Positions 52,300 to 64,000 of a DNA stretch of 64,000 bases are shown in pieces. The stretch comes from Hypanus sabinus (taxonomy: Eukaryota): positions 106,826,001 to 106,890,000 of the forward strand of contig NC_082717.1 in assembly GCF_030144855.1 (NCBI RefSeq), given 5' to 3'. A program made the position numbers and the translations under genes. The notes beneath the pieces were generated by a model that saw only the letters and a program-made list of their open reading frames with translations, made no database searches and was not told where the DNA came from. How positions within the stretch are numbered: position 1 is the first letter of the stretch; each line of letters begins with the position of its first letter.

Positions 52300-53430
52300 A
52301 GCTGCATTGGCCTCCGTCTATCCTTTGACTACATAATCTACATCAATGACTTTAGACACAATTTCGTAGGGACTATGAAACTTAGCTCGCAGAGGGTTTG
52401 TTTGCACAGGGTAAAGAAGCAATTCCTTATCTCCCGGCTTGAATGACCTCCTTCTGGCTTCCATATCATACCAAGTTTTCATTCTTTCCTGGGCGGATCT
52501 TAAACTTTCCTTTGCTAAGTTTCAAGCCCTTTGCAATCTGTCCTTGAATTTTAAAACATAGTCTAACAAATTAATATGCAGGTCATTGTTAATCCACTGT
52601 TCTTTTAATAACACCAAAGGTCCTTGGACCTGGTGTCCAAACACAAGTTTGAAGGGGCTAAAGCCTAGGAACTCTTGCACTGACTCCCTCATGGTAAATC
52701 AAAGCAAGTAAACTCCCTCATCCCAATCCTTCTCATTTTCAATACAGAATGGCCTAATCATGGTTTTGAGGGTAGAATTAAATCTTTCTAGGGCCCCTTA
52801 GGATTCTGGATGGTACACAGACAACATAATTTGTTTGGCTCCCAGTTTGTAAACTATCTACCAGAATAATCCTGACATAAAATTACTTCCTTGATCAGAC
52901 TGGATTGCTTTAAGCAAACCAAATAGGATGAAAAGCCTTATGAGAGCCCTTGGCACAGTAGAAGCTTTTATATTCCTAAGAGGTATTGCTTCTGGAAGTC
53001 TAGATGCTGTACACATGATGGTTAGCAAATACTGATGGCCAGCTTTAGACTTTGGCAATGGGCCAACACAATCGCCAATAACTTTTGAAAAGGGTTCACC
53101 AAATGCAGGAACAGGCTGTAGTGGAGCCACTGGGGTGACCTGATTAGGTTTAAACACAACCTGACAAGTGTGAGAAGTTCAGCAAAATGTTCCAACATCT
53201 TTCCTCAAACCAGGCCAGAAGAATTATTTAAAAATCTTATCCACAGTTTTATTCACACCTAGATGGCCACCCAAGGGCATACTATGGGCCAAAGTTAAAA
53301 TCTCATTCCTGTAGACTTTAGGAACTATAACCTGGTGAACAATTGCCCATTCCTCACTTGCAGGAATATCAGGTGGTCTCCACTTCCTCATTAACACTCC
53401 ACCCTTGATATCATAACCTACTGGCACTTT
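52300..53430 (-). pseudogene. Gypsy integrase, upstream of RT
   Basis: AHSMPLGGHLGVNKT (zinc-binding HH), DCVGPLP, PEAIPL, IQSDQGSNF. Confidence 0.92.
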
Positions 53431-53644
53431 CTCAACCTCATCGCCTGGAAGAACTTTTTCTCAAAGTAACAATCTCAGGGTCTCTGGTCTGTTCCACTAT
53501 AAACTCCTTCCTGGACAAAGACAAATCTTTATTGTCAATCCTAACACAAGGATCCTGGTCCAATAATGAATGAAAGGAAGTCACTGACAAGTCATTGTCA
53601 CTTTCCCCATGATGGGTTAAAGAACCAGCTGAAATAGAAAACAC

Positions 53645-54157
53645 TGTGGAGTCTGGTATTGTTATAAAGTAATGCTATTTATTAGTAACTATGCAATACA
53701 GTAATATGAATGCAGATATATCAAACAGATTAGCAATGATTATATACATATATATAAGTGTGGAAATAGGAAAACCAAGCTTCTTCAAGCCTAGGGGTAA
53801 ACAGATTCAGTCTTACGATGATGAGTGAAGTTCAGTTTAGTTCATGGTATTGAGTTGAATAGTGTGGGCACACGAATAACTCCCCACCGGTCATACCCTT
53901 TTCACACTGCGAGAGCCACTGATCGATCCTCCAAACCTACCTTTTCTGTGGCCACAACAAAGCTCATTCAGTGTCCAAAAACCATGTGTCTGTAGGTCCA
54001 CCAGCAGACCTCCCATTTATCTCCCCGTGCTGAGCACCAGCTGTCCATCAAACAACTCCTCCCTTCTCTCTCTGTAAGAATACAGAAGCTGACAGTGTCT
54101 TTGCAAAAGTGTAAACACGCTTGCAGAGAAACCATAACACCATCTCCAAGCAGGCTT

Positions 54158-54197
<40 letters not shown>

Positions 54198-54278
54198 TAA
54201 CAAGGTGTCCGGGGTTGGCAACTCCCTCTCTCTTTTCAAAAAACACAGTTCATAGGGGTAATTCAGCACCCTGTCACC
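53645..54278. mobile_element. Nested LTR-like insertion within pol
   Basis: Non-coding block with TGT start, (CT)n and minus-strand AATAAA that interrupts the PR-INT spacer; no clear TSD. Confidence 0.5.
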
Positions 54279-54399
54279 ATCAAAACCTGAGTCCTGATTT
54301 GGGCTGTCATGGGTAGTGGAACTATGCTGCACAGAACCATCCGCATTGGCAAGCTTCTCGGCCATAGCTCTAGATACTGCACAGGTTGTATAAACATTA

Positions 54400-54745
54400 G
54401 AATCCATCTTTGGGTCATCAGTGATTGGCTTAGTCGTCAAATACACCACAGGAACAATTGTGCCACCTGTTATGTCATTCCCTAACAACAATGAAACGCC
54501 TTGGGTTGTAGTCCTATCTTTACAGGTCCTGAACCTAACTCGGACTTCAAAATTACCTTGTGCAGAGATACAGAAACAATGTCAGCCCCAATTCCTTGAA
54601 TAAGATTTACCTCACCAGTGGCAGTCTCATCACTAAACTCTAGAACACTGTCTAACAAGAGTGACTGAGAAGCCGCAGTATCTCGAAGAATTTTCACTGG
54701 TACCGGGGATGACCCCTCATTCACTGAAACAAACCCCTCCGACAC
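54400..54745 (-). pseudogene. Gypsy aspartic protease
   Basis: VKILRDTAASQSLLL (DTG mutated to DTA) and LLGND. Confidence 0.85.
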
Positions 54746-54779
54746 AAAAACAATGAATTCTTTCCTAACCAGGTCAGAT

Positions 54780-56097
54780 GTCTCAATCTTTGATGGAGCT
54801 TCATCAGAAAGTCCAGAACCCTGTTGGCATATAGGTGTTTCAACACGTTGAATACAAGCTTCTGGAACTATCTCCTTTTCCTTCTTCTTCTTCTTCTTCT
54901 TCAGAATCAGAATCAGAATCAGACTTTAATCGCCAAGTACCTGTACACATACAAGGAATTTACTTCCAGCAGATGTTGTCTCTCTGCTCATAACAGATGA
55001 TAAATATAAATAAAAATATAGATTATACATACAAGTAGTGCAATCCAAGTAACGTGACCAGGTTTCTTGCAATAGTGACAAGCAGGACCAGAATGTTTCT
55101 CCTCTAATTGCTTCCCTTCATCCTTACCTTTGACACTAGTCCCAGATTTGATTTCTGGTTTACCCATGCTACCCTTTTGGAAGGTCTTACTTGTGGTAAC
55201 TTAGCCTTGTGGGTTAGGGCAAACTCATCTGCTAACTTAGCAGACTCTTGTAAAGTTGCTGCATCCTTCTCATCCAAATATGTCTTTATGTCATTATGGA
55301 TGCTCCTTTTAAATTCTTAAATTAAAACTAACTCTTTCAGTTTGTCAAAATCATTGTCCACATTTTTAGATATGCACCATCGTTCAAAACAAACGGTCTC
55401 CTCATAAGCAAATTCCACATGAGTCTGGTTCACAGATTTCCTCAGATTCTTAAAACATTGTCTATAGACTTCTGGAACTAAGTCACAGGCTTTAAGCACA
55501 GCCTGTTTCACAATGTCATAATTAGCTGCATTGTCAACTGACAGGGATGAATAAGCCTGATGAGCCTTACCTTAATTACACTCTGTAACAGGAGAGGCCA
55601 ACTGCCTCTTCACCACAGTAGGCTCTGAGCAACTTTCTCAAAATGCTGAAAGTATTTATCAACCTCAGTCTCATCAAATGGAGGGGACAATTTAACTTTC
55701 CGACTGGGAACAAACTTATCAGCAGAGTCAAACATTGGACCTCTTGCTGTAGCTTCTCTAACGTCTCTAGCTCAAACCTCCTTTCTTTGTCTGCTTCCAC
55801 AGCTTCAAACTGCCTTTCTCTTTCTCTGTCCGCTAATCTAAGTTTCTCTAACTGCAATTATTCCATTCTGTACTGATGGTCCTCCAGTTTACCTCCAGGA
55901 AACCACTCTAACACCCACTCTTCAAACACATTCGTAGATACGTAATGCTCAACTATTCTCCCCTGAATCCCTGCCTTTCTTATAACTGGTTTCACTGTAA
56001 TAAAACCCAACTTTTTAGCAATGATCAACAACTCATTATTTCTGGCATCCTCTAATGCCTCAGAGGTTGGTGATGCCAGAAATTTATCAATATCCAT
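54780..56097 (-). pseudogene. gag: Gypsy gag (coiled coil, capsid, CCHC knuckle), frameshifted
   Basis: LEKLRL..RERERQFE, KQAVLKACDLVPEVYRQCFKNLRK, CHYCKKPGHV at about 55052-55081 cut by a short (TTCTGA)n-tailed insertion at 54907-55051. Confidence 0.85.
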
Positions 56098-56188
56098 TGC
56101 TGCTGGTTTATAACCACAAGTCAATCAAAAAGGAAGTAACCAATCAGATCGTTAATCAATCAATCGATAGGCTCCATTTTTATTCAAA

Positions 56189-56205
56189 ATCCCGGATGAC
56201 CCCCA
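56189..56205 (-). promoter_or_regulatory. Primer binding site, tRNA-Pro-like
   Basis: Minus strand TGGGGGTCATCCGGGAT versus tRNA-Pro PBS TGGGGGCTCGTCCGGGAT, directly inside the 5' LTR. Confidence 0.8.
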
Positions 56206-56206
56206 A

Positions 56207-57641
56207 TTTATGCAATAGATCACAAAATGAGTCAGGTTTTAGTGGTAAAACCACCATATCTATTAGTATCTACTTAAATTGTAAGATATTAAACGAAATA
56301 AATAGAGGTTAACAGTGTTATATATGTGTGTGGCTCCCAAACTGTCGCTTAGGAACAGTTCTTAAAGCCTTAAGTGTAAAGGGGGTTTCTTCTTTTTTCT
56401 TTGTTACTGTGTATGTAATCAAAATGGCTTCTTTGTTTTGTTAAAAGCAGGAATGCTTCTTTGTTGCGAGAGAGTGCTGGAAGCTTGTTTGGTTTAAAAT
56501 TGACTGGTAACAAGAATTGTATTCCTTTGTAAACCAATTGGGATTAATGTTGTTCTTTCTTCTGAGTCTGTAAGCTATTGTTGGCGGGCTTTTGGGGAGA
56601 TCGGTGCGAAGGGTTGAGAGAGAGGACGCAATGCTGTAAGCTGGATGAGGAACGGACCCCAAGTGGGGGTCCGAGGCCAGGAGGTACTCCGAGGAGAGGG
56701 GATGAAGCTAGATGTGCTTGGTTGACCACTTCAGATGGTCCTAAGCTGCGAGTCGAGGAGTTCGGAGGGAATGGAATGGCAGCCAGAAGACTTCAGTAAT
56801 TGAGCTCCAACAGTCGTGCATGAAGTGGTTTGGACTTTGATGTTTGGCGCCTTTTCTTTATTTTTTTCTTCATATATACTGTATCATTATTAATCACTTA
56901 GTTATAGTAACCTTTATAAATTGTACTCATTTAATCACATATGCAAACTGTCTGTTTTTGGGCGAGGCGGGGACATCACACAGCATCCACACCAGCTGAT
57001 TACCCAGTTTGGTGGGGCCGAAGGCTGCTCCCCCTAGACGAGAACGAGCTGAGCGAGCCTGAGGCAACCTTGGGGGTTACATAAGATTGAAAACTAGAAA
57101 GGTCCAGTAATCCACGGAATGAGTGAGGGGGACTGGTAAATCCACTTTAAAATGTAGAAAGGAGGCAATCACGAAGAATTCCACAAGTTCCATGCTGGGA
57201 AATTGAAATATCAGTCGCCGAAGATTCTATCTGTTGAGTTGTCCCGAAATCCACATAGAAATATCACAAAGTGACAGTCACAGAATATTCCTTAGCATCA
57301 GTGGTTACCACATAACATGCCCAAAACCATGTAAGGGTTAACAAAAGTGGTGGCCACAGAATACACCAACAAAATCCACGTATGGATGATACGAAGTAAC
57401 AGTCACATATCCAATGTGCACGGTGTGCCATTAATCCTTTGGGTATGTGAAAGTATCAGACTTTACCCTTTGTCACAGCAGGCTATATATATATTCTCTC
57501 TCTCTCTCTCTCTCTCTCTCCCCCCCCCCCACCCTTTCTTTCTCTGAACGTCCCAACGGTCTGTCGCAGATTGTTATACTGACGTCATAGTCCCGCCTCA
57601 TCCAGGCGTTTTAAAGTAAACAAAACCATGGTCAAGTAACA
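56207..57641 (-). repeat. 5' LTR of the Gypsy element, split by a nested solo LTR
   Basis: Homologous to 49760-50557 once 56375-57085 is removed. Confidence 0.9.
56375..57081. mobile_element. Nested solo LTR (707 bp) of a different family
   Basis: TGTAA...TTACA termini, TSD TAAG/TAAG; absent from the partner LTR. Confidence 0.92.
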
Positions 57642-57645
57642 AGGG

Positions 57646-58720
57646 AAAGAAGCTGAGTGTGTGCCTTTGGGCTCCTGTACTTCCTTTCTGATGGTGGCAG
57701 TGAGAAGAGGAGATGCCCTGCATCTTTAATGATGGAAGCTACCTTTTTGAGGCCTGGCTCTTTGAAGATGTTCTGGATCTACGGAGGCCAGTGCCCATGA
57801 GTTGACTACTTTTATTACTTTCTGCAGCCTACTTCGATCCTGTACAGTAGTGCCAATATCGCTCCACCCCCAGCCCCCGCCACACCAGACAATGTTGCAG
57901 CCACTTAGAATGCTCTGCATGGTACATCTGTAGAAATTTGCTGGTGTTGTAGGTGACATACTAAGTCTCCTCAAATGCCAAATAAAATGTAGCCACTGTG
58001 GTGCCTTCTTTGTGACTGCATCGATATGTTGGGACCAGGATAAATCCTCGGATACATTGATACCCAGGAACTTGAAATTGCTCACTCTCTCCACTTCTGA
58101 TCCTTTTGTGAGGACTGCTGTGTGTTCCCCTGTCTTACCCTTCCTGATGTCCACAATCAGTTTGGTCTTATTGTCATTGAGTGCAAGGTTGTTGCTGCGA
58201 CACCATTCAGCTAGCTGGAATATCTCACTCCTGTACACCCTCTTGTCACCTTCTGAGATTTTCCAACAATATTTATATCAGCAAATTAATAGACGGTGTT
58301 TGAGCTGTGCCTAGCCACACAGTCATGGGTGTAGAGAGAGTAGAGCAGTGGGCTAAGCACACCTACCTGAGGAGTGCCAGTGTTGATTGTCAGCAAGGTG
58401 GAGATGTTATTACCAATCTGCACAGATTCTGGTCTTCCAGTGAGGAAGTCAAGGATCCAATTGCAGAGAAAGGTACAGAGGCCCAGGTTATGGTGCTTTT
58501 TGACCAGACCTGAAGGGATGATGGTGCTAAATGCTGAGCTGTAGTCAATAAACAGCATCTTGACATAGGTATTTGGATTGTCGTGTTGAGCCAATGAGAT
58601 CCCATCCACCTTAGACCTATTGTGCAATGGGCAAACTGCAGTGCGTCCAGGTCTTTGGTGAGGCAGGAGTTGATTCTAGCCATAACCAACCTCTGAAAGC
58701 ACTTCATCACCATAGATGAG
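57646..58720 (-). mobile_element. Rex1/Babar-type LINE RT fragment
   Basis: [36 protein letters not shown]. Confidence 0.85.
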
Positions 58721-59249
58721 AGTGCAAAATGTCTGCAACCACCAGTTCCATGCCAGCTACCTCAGTGTTATATGTAAAAATCTCAGTTGCTAATTTAATA
58801 CAGCAAACTCCCATAAACAATATTCTCAGTATCAACAGGCATTCCATGTGTCAAATATCAAAGTCCAATCCACTTACAAATGTGGATAGAAAACACAAAA
58901 GGTTCTGCAGATGGTGGAAATATAGAGCGACACAGACGTGTTAGAGGAACTCAGCAGGTCAGACAGCATCTAACCAGAAAAAAACTGTCTGTGCATGGTG
59001 AAGAGTCATAGTCTGAAGTAGCAACTGTTTATTCCTGTCCACAGATGCTCCCTGACCCTCTGAGTTCCTCCAGCATTTTGCAAAAGTAAACATTTTTTCA
59101 GTCAATCATTTTCAAAGTGTTGCCGATCTTTCATTCGCAACCACGTCCTCCTGGTCTGATTCTCTCCTTCTCTTCCTCCTTGTAAACTGTAACCCCCACC
59201 AATTCCACGAACCCCAAAGGCCAGACTTGTGCAGGCCCCTCTTTGGTTT

Positions 59250-60700
59250 ATCACCATGTCCCATCGAAGATTACCCAGCTCTTCCTCCATTTCATTGACC
59301 ACTACTTTGATGACGTGCTGAGCTTGTCAATTTCATTAACTTTGCCTCTAGCTTCCACCCTGAACATAAGTCCACTTGGTCCATCTCTGACACCTCCTGC
59401 CCCTTTCTCGATCTCTCTACTTCCATCTATCGAGACAAATTGTTAACCGACATCTTTTATAAACCTACCTATTCCCACGGTTATCTTGACCATATGCTTT
59501 CCCACCCAATCTCATGTATAATGGTATTGCCTGTTCTCAGTTCATTCGTCTCCGTCGCATCTGTTCTCAGGAGACTGCTTTCCTCAAAGCTGTCCTCTGT
59601 CTTCAAAAAACCATATATCCCTTCCTCCACTGTGGATGCTGCTCTCACTCACATCTCCTCTATTTTCTGAATATCTCTACTCACCCCATCTTCTCTTTAC
59701 CTTAACAGTGATAGAATTCCTCTTTTCCTTACCTACCACCGCATGAGCTTCTGCATCCATCACATCATCATCCACAGTTTCCATCATCTCCAAAGGGATC
59801 CTTCCACCAAACATGGCTTTACCTTCAACCCCTCCCCCCTACCCTCTTTCCACATGGATCACTCCCTCCGTGATTCCATTAGAGACATACAGCAGAATAC
59901 AGGCCCATCAGCCCACAAAGCTGTGTCGAACATGTCCCTACCTTGGAACTACCTAGGCTTTACCCATAGCCCTCTATTTTTCTAAGCTCCATGTAGCCAT
60001 CCAGGAATCTCTTAAAAGACCCTATCATTTTCCCTTCCACCACTGCCACCAGCAGCCCATTCCACGTACTCACCACTCTCTGCATAAAAAAACTTAACCC
60101 TGACATCTCCTCTGTACCTACTTCCAAGTACCTTAAAGCTATCCCTCTCATGCTAGCCAATTCAACCCTGGGGAAAAGCCTCTGACTATCCACATGATCA
60201 ATTCATTGTTGATTTGTCCCTCCCTACTAATGTCCCTCCCAGCACTTAACCCTAGCAAGTGTCCAAAGTGTTACACCTGCCCATTCACATCATCCCTCAG
60301 CTCCTTTCAGGCCCCTGAACAGTCCTATCAGGTGAGTCCTTTTTGCTCGGGGCTTCGATTGTGTCCCATGCTCCCAATGCAGCCTCCTCTACATTGCTGA
60401 GATCCATCGTAAATTGGGTGGGAGGGGGCACTTAATTGAGAATTTCCGCTCTATCCACCAATAGCGGAATATCCCAACGGCCAAACATTTTAATTCCCAT
60501 TCTGGCATGTTGGTCCATGGCCTCCTCGTGTGCTACAATGAGGCCACCCTCAGGGTGGAGGAGTGACACTTTATGTTCTGTCTGGGTGCCCCTCAATCTG
60601 ATGTCATGTATATTGATTTCTTATTTCAGTAAAAAAAAACTTCCACTCTCCCTTCCTCTATTCCCCACTCTGACCTTTTGCCTCTCCTCACCTGCCTTTA
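59250..60700 (+). mobile_element. Penelope-like fragment with nested CR1 3' end (59880-60200, minus)
   Basis: TDIFYKPTYSHGYLD, SQFIRLRRICS, CPKCYTCPF. Confidence 0.8.
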
Positions 60701-61221
60701 CTCCCCAGCAGAGAGGCCATTCCTCCTCTCTGGTCCCTGTCAGTGTTTCTGTTCTGTCTCCTCTCATCACCCTGTAGCGATGTTCTTTTCTCTCTCTCTT
60801 TCCATTCACCCAGCCTTCCCTGAAATCCATCCCAGCTGCTCACCTCTGGCTGCCCCTGTGGAGACGGGTTCTGAATGGTCATCACTGGATGAGGAAATGA
60901 CATCACTGCTCAACTGGTCTCTGACGACTTGCACTCATACTTCCTTCAAACTTTATTTCCTTGTGCCCCAGGGTAACAGACCAGCCCCTGTCACCAAACT
61001 GCTCTGAAACTTCTGCTCAGGATTGTCAATTTTATATAGATATTGGCCAATTGAAATCTGCACAGCTTTTAATCCCTTACTTGCAAACAATACTTACCAT
61101 GATAAATTCTTACAGGTCATAATAACCAACAAAACTACATGCATTATACAGACACAAAATGCTAGAGGAACTCAGCAAGTCAGGGGAATAAACCATCAAG
61201 TGTCGGGCTGAGACCCTTCAT

Positions 61222-63060
61222 CACCCACTCCCACCCCTCCCCATCTTAGAGTCTCCCCATTCCCCCAGTCTCTGGATCATCCCTCTCACCAGTCTCTGTG
61301 TCACTCCACACCCCTCTCCCCTGTCCCTTCACTGGGTCACTCACCTTTCTCTCCCCCACGTCTCTGGTACGCCTCCATCAGCCCACCCTCCCATTGCTGC
61401 CCCTTGTCTCTGCAATGTCTCTCACCCATTTAACCTCCCCCCGACCCTCCTTCACTAGGTCACTCTTCTGCCCTCAGCTGTCTGTAGGTCAACTCATCCC
61501 CAATCAGTCTGGTCCCTTCCCTTCCCCACCTCTCCACCTCTTGGTTATCCACTTCCCACAACACCCACAACTTATATCACTGGGTCACCCTAAGCCCGTT
61601 CTAAATCCCCACTCACCATGCCTCTGGGCTACTCCCTGTCTCACTTCAATTCCTGATTCTGGATTGCCCCCTTCCCTGGGTCTATCCACCAGCCCTCTCT
61701 GGGTCATCCTTCTCCACCACTCTCTCCATGTTCCCCCTTCTCCCTTCTTGCCCCTTTCCCCCATTCCTTCCCTGTCCCTTGATTGCCTCATTCCATCCTC
61801 ACCCTGATGTTTCTGTGCCACTCCACCCACCCACATTTGGATTGCCACTTTCTACCCTTGTGTCTGGTCAGGGTCACCCCCTTCTCACTTCCTCTCCCAT
61901 CGCTGAATCTCCCCTTCCTTCCTCCCCCATCTATGGGTCATCTCCTTCCCCTCTTCTCGAGATCTCCCTTTCTCTCATCTATCTCTCCCTCCCAGCCCTG
62001 TCTCTGGGTCTGCCGCTTCCCCCTTTTCCTTGTCTTTGGTCCTGCCATTCCCAGTGTCTTCTGTCTCTTGGTTGCCGCCACGGACCATCTCTGGGTCTGA
62101 CCTCCTTGTCCTGCCTCCCATCCCTCTCAATTCCCCATCTGTGTCACTGCTTTTCCCTGTCTCGGTGACATCCTCTTCCCCACTATGTCCAAAGGATATC
62201 CCGCCTCACTTTCACGCCCATGTCTCTGGGAAACTTCCTTTCCCCCACCCCACCCTCCAATCCCATCCATCTCTGGAACACTTCAGCCTCATCTCTGGGA
62301 TTCAGCCTTCTTCTTCTTCTTCCCCATATTACCAGGAGCCAACTCCTCATCTCTGGTAGGCCAACTATGAAACGCGCCTTCCAGTCCTCCATCACACCCT
62401 GCCCCTTCGTTCATCCCCCCACCCATCTCTGGGATGTCCCTTGCCCCCACCCCCACCCCAACCCCGTCTCATCTCTCAGACTCGAACTTCCCCCTTCTTA
62501 CCCATCCCACCCTCCAATTTGGGATGCTCCCTCTGCCCCAGTTTTGGATACCACTTTCTTCTGTACTTCCCTCCACATCTGGTCACCTCGTATCCTCACA
62601 TTCCCCATTTCATCTCTCAGATGATCCTAATGTCAGTATTTTCCCATGTCTGACATTCAACTCCTTTACACATTTCTGGGGAAACACTTCCCCATGCACA
62701 ATGGGATGCCACATTCCTCTTCCTCTCACCATACTATGCCTCTGGAACACCTCCCTCCAATCTCTGGGATACCCTTCCATGACCCATCTCTGGAATGCCC
62801 CCTTTCCCCCTCACACATCTGCCTCTAGGATACTCCGTGCTCCCACTTCCCCCTTTTTGCTGCTTTTGCCTCCCCTCCATCCCCACATATCCTTGTCATT
62901 TTCCAAAAAACCCCTTTCCTCTGTCTCTAGTCGCTCTGTATCTCCACATACCCCTTGTCATCTTTGACAACACCCCTTGCTTCCTTTTCTAGTTGACCCA
63001 TATCCCCACATACTCCTTGTTGTCTTTGGCAAGACCCCTCTCCTCCAATTCCACTTCCAG
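61222..63060. repeat. Polypyrimidine low-complexity tract
   Basis: About 1.8 kb strongly C/T-biased on the plus strand, with recurrent CATCTCTGGG-like motif. Confidence 0.8.
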
Positions 63061-63064
63061 CTTT

Positions 63065-63480
63065 GTTCAGAATTTTTACTTTGCTCTTGAGATAGCCCTC
63101 CATCATTTGTAACTGGTCATTTTGTGTAGTCCTGGATCACCAGACTTGAATGCCACAGATCTAGCCCTCAGCAGACTATGAACCTCCAGATTCATCTCCA
63201 GCTTTTGATATGTTCTTGTAGGCATACATATATCCACACATGTTTTAATGAAGTCAGTGGCAACTGTGGTGTAGTCATTCAGAATCAAAGAGGAATCCCC
63301 GAATACAGTCTAGTCCACCGATTCAAAGCAGTCCTGTAAGTGCTCCTGCACCTCCCTTGTCCAGACCTTCTTGGTCCTCACTACTTACTAGTGGTGCGGT
63401 CTTCAATCTCTGCCTATACTCAGGGTGTAAAAGTACAGCCAGGCGATCAGACTTTCCAAAGTGTGGGCATAGGATGACAC
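63065..63480 (-). mobile_element. Rex1/Babar-type LINE fragment
   Basis: EVHSLLRARSVAFKSGD and upstream GKSD...CFESVD motifs. Confidence 0.7.
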
Positions 63481-64000
63481 TGTTGATGCTCTCTAACTTC
63501 CCTTGTCAGCCATGATTGCCTCATCCTTCCTTGAGAAAACTTCTTTGGGATGACATTTCTGTGTCTTTGTGATTACTCTCAAAAACTCCAGCAATTGCTG
63601 CTCCATCATCATCCCAGTTAGCATTCCCTTCCATTCGACGTTTCCAGCTCCTCTCTCATGCCCCTGCAGTTACCTTTCATCATCATCATTATTACATGCC
63701 AAGTCATATGACATAGGCGATCAAGGTCTCCAAAGGTTTCCACAGAAGTGGTTTGCCATTGTCTTCTTCCAGGCAGTGTCTTTACAAGATGGGTGAGCCC
63801 AGTCATTATCAATACTCCTCAGTGATTTTCTGCCTAGCATCAGTGAACACATAACCAGGAATTGTGATATCCACCAGCTGTACATACAACCATCCACCAC
63901 CTGCCCCTATGGCTTCATGTGACCCTGATGGAGTGGCTGAGCTGGTGCTACACCTTGCCCAAGGATGACCTGCAGGCTAGCAGAGAAAAGCAGCTCCTTT

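Larger units (their letters stand above)
49760..57641 (-). mobile_element. Gmr1-like Gypsy LTR retrotransposon, full-length but degenerate
   Basis: Paired LTRs, TSD AGGG at 49756-49759 and 57642-57645; domain order gag-PR-INT-RT-RH; inserted into a Rex-type LINE (49570-49759 plus 57646-58720). Confidence 0.93.

Noticed and set aside
61298-62992. Many Pro/Leu/Ser-rich ORFs
   Set aside because: They arise from stop-poor pyrimidine-rich composition in several frames; no domain similarity

Overview
Vertebrate genomic DNA, most likely a cartilaginous fish (inferred from the CR1, Penelope, Rex1/Babar and Nimb repeat mix and the style of the tandem C2H2 zinc-finger genes). The window is a retroelement-saturated, decaying replication-dependent histone cluster interleaved with C2H2 zinc-finger genes that show no KRAB domain here. 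All five histone classes are present. There are two intact, near-identical H2A genes in an inverted duplication (4096-4485 minus; 16182-16571 plus). One full-length H3.2-like gene has non-canonical R2Q/R40H/S57T changes and a CR1-truncated promoter. H2B, H4 and H1 survive as 5'-truncated relics; the H4 and H1 relics are invisible in the ORF track. There is one intact 12-finger ZNF ORF (43200-44216 minus) and a paralogous ZNF relic (about 10.2-11.4 kb). Just upstream of the intact ZNF's putative promoter lies a complete but degenerate Gmr1-like Gypsy element (49760-57641, TSD AGGG, integrase before RT, tRNA-Pro-like PBS) carrying nested insertions. Other elements: several solo LTRs with TSDs (one collapsed to 67 bp inside the H1 relic), a retroviral env TM relic, Penelope elements with decayed hammerhead cores, a 38-bp and a 50-bp minisatellite, and a 1.8-kb polypyrimidine tract. 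Repeat boundaries were read by eye and are approximate unless a TSD is quoted.
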